Source: a virus (Duplodnaviria > Caudoviricetes). From it: a stretch of 60,459 bases of DNA. The notes under the pieces were generated by a model, which was not told where the DNA came from, did not search any database, and saw only the letters and a list, made by a program, of their open reading frames with translations. A program made the position numbers and the translations under genes. The stretch covers positions 1 to 60,459 of the IMG/VR virus record IMGVR_UViG_3300033150_000902; one strand, 5' to 3'. Positions 58,401 through 60,459 of this stretch are shown piece by piece (position 1 is the first letter of the stretch; the number at the start of each line of letters is the position of its first letter).

Positions 58401-59033
58401 ATGAGCAAGGAGATAGAAATGCTTTATTCCTATGATACTATTACTTCTACATGGAAACAAAAAGAAAGCTTAGGTGCCATTAAATACGTTAATCCGCGTA
58501 ATCCAGAAATTTACATTCGCGTCAATAAGAAGGCTGAAATCGGTAAAACCGTACAATTTTCATCGAGAGTAGTTATCCATAAAGCTACCATAGGAGATTT
58601 TTGCATAATTGATGGTAAGGTTACTATAAATGATGATGTAGTGATAGGAGATCGTGTCCAAATAGGGGTGTACGCATATTTATGGGAAGGTGTGCAGATA
58701 AAAAAAGGTTCGCGCATACAAGGAAGTGTAGTAATATATCGGAATACTACAGTGAACGAGCGCATAACAATTTTCAAAGGAATGCAAATAGATGAAAATC
58801 TAATAGTGATAAAAAATCCCACATTTATAAAAGGTTCTAAACACACAGTATACTGGTTCAATGATACAAAAGTGCGGATAGGTTGTAATACTCTTCATAT
58901 TGATGAGTGGCTAAAACGCTATAAAGAGTATGGAGAGACTAACCAATATACCGAGGAAGAAATTGAGGAATACTTAAGTTATATTAAGTTATTAAAAGCA
59001 CAAGGTCCTCCGTATATAAGAAAGGGAGAATAA
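58401..59033 (+). CDS. Left-handed beta-helix (hexapeptide repeat) protein
   Basis: IGDFCII/IGDRVQI repeats; C-terminal IGC...IDEW. Confidence 0.7.
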   Translation: MSKEIEMLYSYDTITSTWKQKESLGAIKYVNPRNPEIYIRVNKKAEIGKTVQFSSRVVIHKATIGDFCIIDGKVTINDDVVIGDRVQIGVYAYLWEGVQIKKGSRIQGSVVIYRNTTVNERITIFKGMQIDENLIVIKNPTFIKGSKHTVYWFNDTKVRIGCNTLHIDEWLKRYKEYGETNQYTEEEIEEYLSYIKLLKAQGPPYIRKGE

Positions 59034-59034
59034 G

Positions 59035-59742
59035 ATGAAAAGAAGCGTGCTTGAACAATACAAAAAAGAGCTGGAGCAAGAATGTCAATGTAAAGAAAAA
59101 GAAGAGACCTGCGTCTTTTGTTATGCTAAGCAAGACATAGAGCAAATATTAAGCATGGCAGATGCGTTAGGCATGGAAGAAGAAATAACAATAAGAAGAA
59201 AAAGGGATGCTGATCGAGAAAGAGCCTTACAACGCTGGGATAGGTATTTTTGGGAAACAGCTAAAGTTGTAGCATTAAATAGCAGATGTCTAAGTAGAAG
59301 AATGGGATGTCTTTTGGTCAAAGATAATAGAATCTTATGCACAGGTTACAACGGGCCTCCCGCAGGTGTTCCTCATTGTGGAACTGCAAGATTAGAAAAA
59401 GATGCCTGGTTGAGAGAAATGGGAGAAGATGTCTTAACAGGAGATAAAGTTGATCGCGTATGCCCAAGAGCATTATTAGGTTATAAATTGGGAGAAAGAT
59501 TGGATATCTGTATCGGCGCACATGCTGAAAGAAACGCCTTAATTACAGCGGCCAGATATGGCATATCCACTGATGGAGCAAGTTTATATGTAACGGGTGA
59601 GGTACCTTGTAAAGATTGTTTAATTGAAATTATCAATGCCGGAATCAAGGAAGTGGTATGTACAAGAATGTCTTTTTATGATGACATGTCTAAATTTTTA
59701 GTAGATGAAAGTGGTTTAAAGGTTAGATTATTTGAACTGTAG
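59035..59742 (+). CDS. dCMP deaminase
   Basis: TGYNG, HAERNA, PCKDC, IINAGI. Confidence 0.9.
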   Translation: MKRSVLEQYKKELEQECQCKEKEETCVFCYAKQDIEQILSMADALGMEEEITIRRKRDADRERALQRWDRYFWETAKVVALNSRCLSRRMGCLLVKDNRILCTGYNGPPAGVPHCGTARLEKDAWLREMGEDVLTGDKVDRVCPRALLGYKLGERLDICIGAHAERNALITAARYGISTDGASLYVTGEVPCKDCLIEIINAGIKEVVCTRMSFYDDMSKFLVDESGLKVRLFEL

Positions 59743-59755
59743 GGGAGATTAAAGC

Positions 59756-60088
59756 GTGAAAAAAGATAAGGAGCAGAAAAAGTTTGACGGTATTTATAAA
59801 ATCACGGAACCCAGCGATTATTTTATAAAACCGCCTACTGTTCAGGATTGGTTGAATTACTCCGTGGGTGAACAAGCGGATCGCTACTATGAGATGGAGG
59901 GAAAAACCATTAGAACCTGGTCACGGCAGAATACAGATTTGAATACTCTCAAAACTATAGTTGAAAAAAGCTTGGAGAAGTGCAACATCTATAGCATTAC
60001 AGCGATTTCGAGCAAAGAGAATGTATTAGATCGCGTAGTAATTAGACTATCAGCTCCCTACACTTTCGGGCCGTGGGAAGATGAATAA
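59756..60088 (+). CDS. Hypothetical protein
   Basis: In operon; RBS GGAG. Confidence 0.4.
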   Translation: MKKDKEQKKFDGIYKITEPSDYFIKPPTVQDWLNYSVGEQADRYYEMEGKTIRTWSRQNTDLNTLKTIVEKSLEKCNIYSITAISSKENVLDRVVIRLSAPYTFGPWEDE

Positions 60089-60099
60089 AGGAGGTACTT

Positions 60100-60354
60100 A
60101 TGGGATATACTACTGATGAAGAAATGGTAAGAGTAGATATTTTCAGAGACAATTTCAAATGGTACACTACAGTAGCTATGTACTGGGATAGATACACTTC
60201 AGAGAATCCTATAACGGGTTATGAAAATATATATGATACATTCAAAAGATGCATGTCAGAACAATTCAGGGAAGAATACCAAGGAATGGTAGCCGTATGT
60301 CTCAAACCTTATCACAAGCATAGTCATCCACTAATGATTAGAATAGGAGAATAG
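60100..60354 (+). CDS. Hypothetical protein
   Basis: RBS AAGGAGG; C-terminal VCLKPYH.HSHP.M. Confidence 0.5.
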   Translation: MGYTTDEEMVRVDIFRDNFKWYTTVAMYWDRYTSENPITGYENIYDTFKRCMSEQFREEYQGMVAVCLKPYHKHSHPLMIRIGE

Positions 60355-60459
60355 GACAATGCAAAAAGGAGATATTGCTTGGAAGGTCGTTGAGAAGCAT
60401 ACCAGGTTATGTACCAATTTAGCAATTCATAGGAAGTACGTAGGAAATAGCAAAATATT

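Noticed and set aside
1-60459. Alternative genetic code; most antisense ORFs in the track; tRNA genes; self-targets of the TIGR spacers
   Set aside because: Long genes translate cleanly and all three stop codons are used; antisense ORFs overlap well-supported genes; no tRNA cloverleaf noticed. No spacer self-match was spotted by eye, but this needs a computational search to exclude.

Overview
About 60 kb of a tailed dsDNA phage (Caudoviricetes-like) genome, with two arms diverging from an AT-rich control region at about 37.15-37.56 kb. No integrase, tRNA, rRNA or CRISPR array was seen, and the host cannot be assigned from sequence alone. The minus arm runs from early/accessory genes (Csx16-like, IbrA/IbrB-like, an intein-containing SNF2 helicase) through sigma factor, primase, an iteron-rich origin, initiator, DnaC-like loader and DnaB-like helicase. 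It continues through terminase, portal, virion proteins, a MuF-topoisomerase IB fusion, a frameshifted protease/scaffold and an HK97-type capsid, ending in a glycosyltransferase/radical SAM/methyl-/sulfotransferase cluster. The plus arm carries a sliding clamp, a split family A polymerase, clamp loader, SSB, RecA, Holliday junction resolvase, split Rad50/Mre11, radical SAM genes and dCMP deaminase. The standout is 42377-43935: an HNH-like + coiled-coil + IS110/Nop-like gene flanked on both sides by 36-nt-period arrays of two alternating 10-nt repeats (AAGCGAGCCA / AAGAAACCCA) separated by about 8-nt variable spacers. This is a TIGR-Tas-type RNA-guided system with several variant features. All family calls come from motif recognition by eye; no database searches were run.
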